This document shows, piece after piece, positions 63,046-64,000 of a DNA stretch of 64,000 nt. Under the pieces are notes generated by a model, which was given only the letters and a program-made list of their open reading frames with translations, was not told the DNA's origin and did no database searches. The translations under genes were made by a program, and so were the position numbers. Positions within the stretch are counted from its first letter, which is position 1. The number at the start of each line of letters is the position of its first letter. Origin of the DNA: Candidatus Latescibacterota bacterium (GTDB taxonomy: Bacteria; Latescibacterota; UBA2968; GCA-2709665); NCBI GenBank assembly GCA_965222075.1, contig OZ244937.1:2656001-2720000 (forward strand), in the 5' to 3' direction.

Positions 63046-63083
63046 GTCTCCAGGGCACGGCTTTCGTTCTCTACATCCTCCGA

Positions 63084-64000
63084 CTATACAACCACCGGCA
63101 GCGTAAACCCGAACGTCGACCCCTTCCCCAGTTCGCTCCTGGCATAGACCCGTTCCCCGTGGGCCTCCACAATGTGCCGGACGATTGACAGCCCCAGTCC
63201 GGTCCCCCCCATTGCGCGCGAACGCCCCTTGTCCACCCGGTAGAACCGTTCGAACACCCGGGGCAGGGCATCGGAGGAGATGCCGATCCCCGTATCGGTC
63301 ACCTCCAATACAATCCGCGCCTCCGCTCCCTCTCCATCCGGCGCCGGGCGTTCTCCCGCTTCAGGTGAGACGGAAGGGATCGATAGTTCACTCCCGCTGT
63401 CCGTCCCCACAAAAGAGCGGACCACCACCCACACCGACCCGCCGTTCGGCGTATATTTCACAGCATTGTCCAAAAGGTTGATCAGCGTCTGTTCGATCAG
63501 CTTGGGGTCGCACCGCACCTCGACCTCTTCCGGGACGTCGAGGTTAATGGCGATCTCCTTCTCCTCGGCGCTCTGCACCACCGAACCGACCCCCGTCTGA
63601 ACCACCCGTCGTATCGGGCAGACCTCGGGCGCCAGTTCCAGCTTTCCCGACTCCAGCCGGGAAAGGTCTAAGAGATCGTCTAACAGGTGCTGCAGGCGGT
63701 CGGAATGGGAAAGGATGGTCTGCACAAACCGCTCGGCCACCGCACGGTCGGCAAGCGCGCGCTCCACCAGCGTCTCCGCACACCCCTTGATCGCTGTAAG
63801 CGGGGTGCGCAGTTCGTGGGAGACATTGGCCACAAAATCCTTCCGCACCCGCTCCAGTCGGAGCAGTTCCGTAATATCGTAAAACACCGTCACCGATCCG
63901 ATGCAGGCGTCCTCCTGCAAAATGGGCGCGACATGCACATCCAGATGCCACTCCGGTACCCCGGGCAGCGTCATCCCCTGCGTTGTCGCCCTCCCTGTTG
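63084..64000 (-). CDS. phoR: PhoR-like sensor histidine kinase (5' part outside the window)
   Basis: DFVANVSHELRTPLT, NLLDNAVKYT, FERFYRVDK.RSR..GGTGLGL; phosphate cluster context. Confidence 0.9.
   Translation of the reverse strand, partial: TGRATTQGMTLPGVPEWHLDVHVAPILQEDACIGSVTVFYDITELLRLERVRKDFVANVSHELRTPLTAIKGCAETLVERALADRAVAERFVQTILSHSDRLQHLLDDLLDLSRLESGKLELAPEVCPIRRVVQTGVGSVVQSAEEKEIAINLDVPEEVEVRCDPKLIEQTLINLLDNAVKYTPNGGSVWVVVRSFVGTDSGSELSIPSVSPEAGERPAPDGEGAEARIVLEVTDTGIGISSDALPRVFERFYRVDKGRSRAMGGTGLGLSIVRHIVEAHGERVYARSELGKGSTFGFTLPVVV

Overview
GC-rich bacterial chromosome segment. The divergent 16S and gene content suggest an uncultured FCB-group lineage such as Latescibacterota (inference). 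1-20 kb is a long minus-strand housekeeping run (EF-G2, tlyA-like, yebC, ruvCAB, tsaB, rimI, holB, metG, tatD, rsmA, ilvE, proC, hisH/F, proB, hisI, ftsB, recO, valS). 20.1-25.6 kb is a complete rrn operon (16S-tRNAIle-tRNAAla-23S-5S). Next come hemL, trmH, tRNA-Arg(UCG), uvrA, rmlBC, a Ca/Na antiporter, a single-ORF Lnt-TatC fusion preceded by a HicBA-like pair, and a bioF-like gene. 40.7-43.1 kb is a mosaic of gene stubs and IS remnants. It is followed by trmJ, a ferredoxin-HTH fusion, sigma54-driven pspA, coxD/coxE/xdhC and a phosphate cluster (phoU, pstBACS, ppx, ppk1, phoR). The most notable signals are: (i) 25-27 bp palindromic micro-insertions seen only inside transposase remnants, two of them cleanly in frame; (ii) the Lnt-TatC fusion; (iii) a 2Fe-2S ferredoxin-HTH protein; (iv) MITEs, a duplicated pstS upstream region, candidate structured RNA leaders and a CTAG-depleted, CTTAG-enriched signature. 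All calls come from motif recognition by eye; no searches were run.
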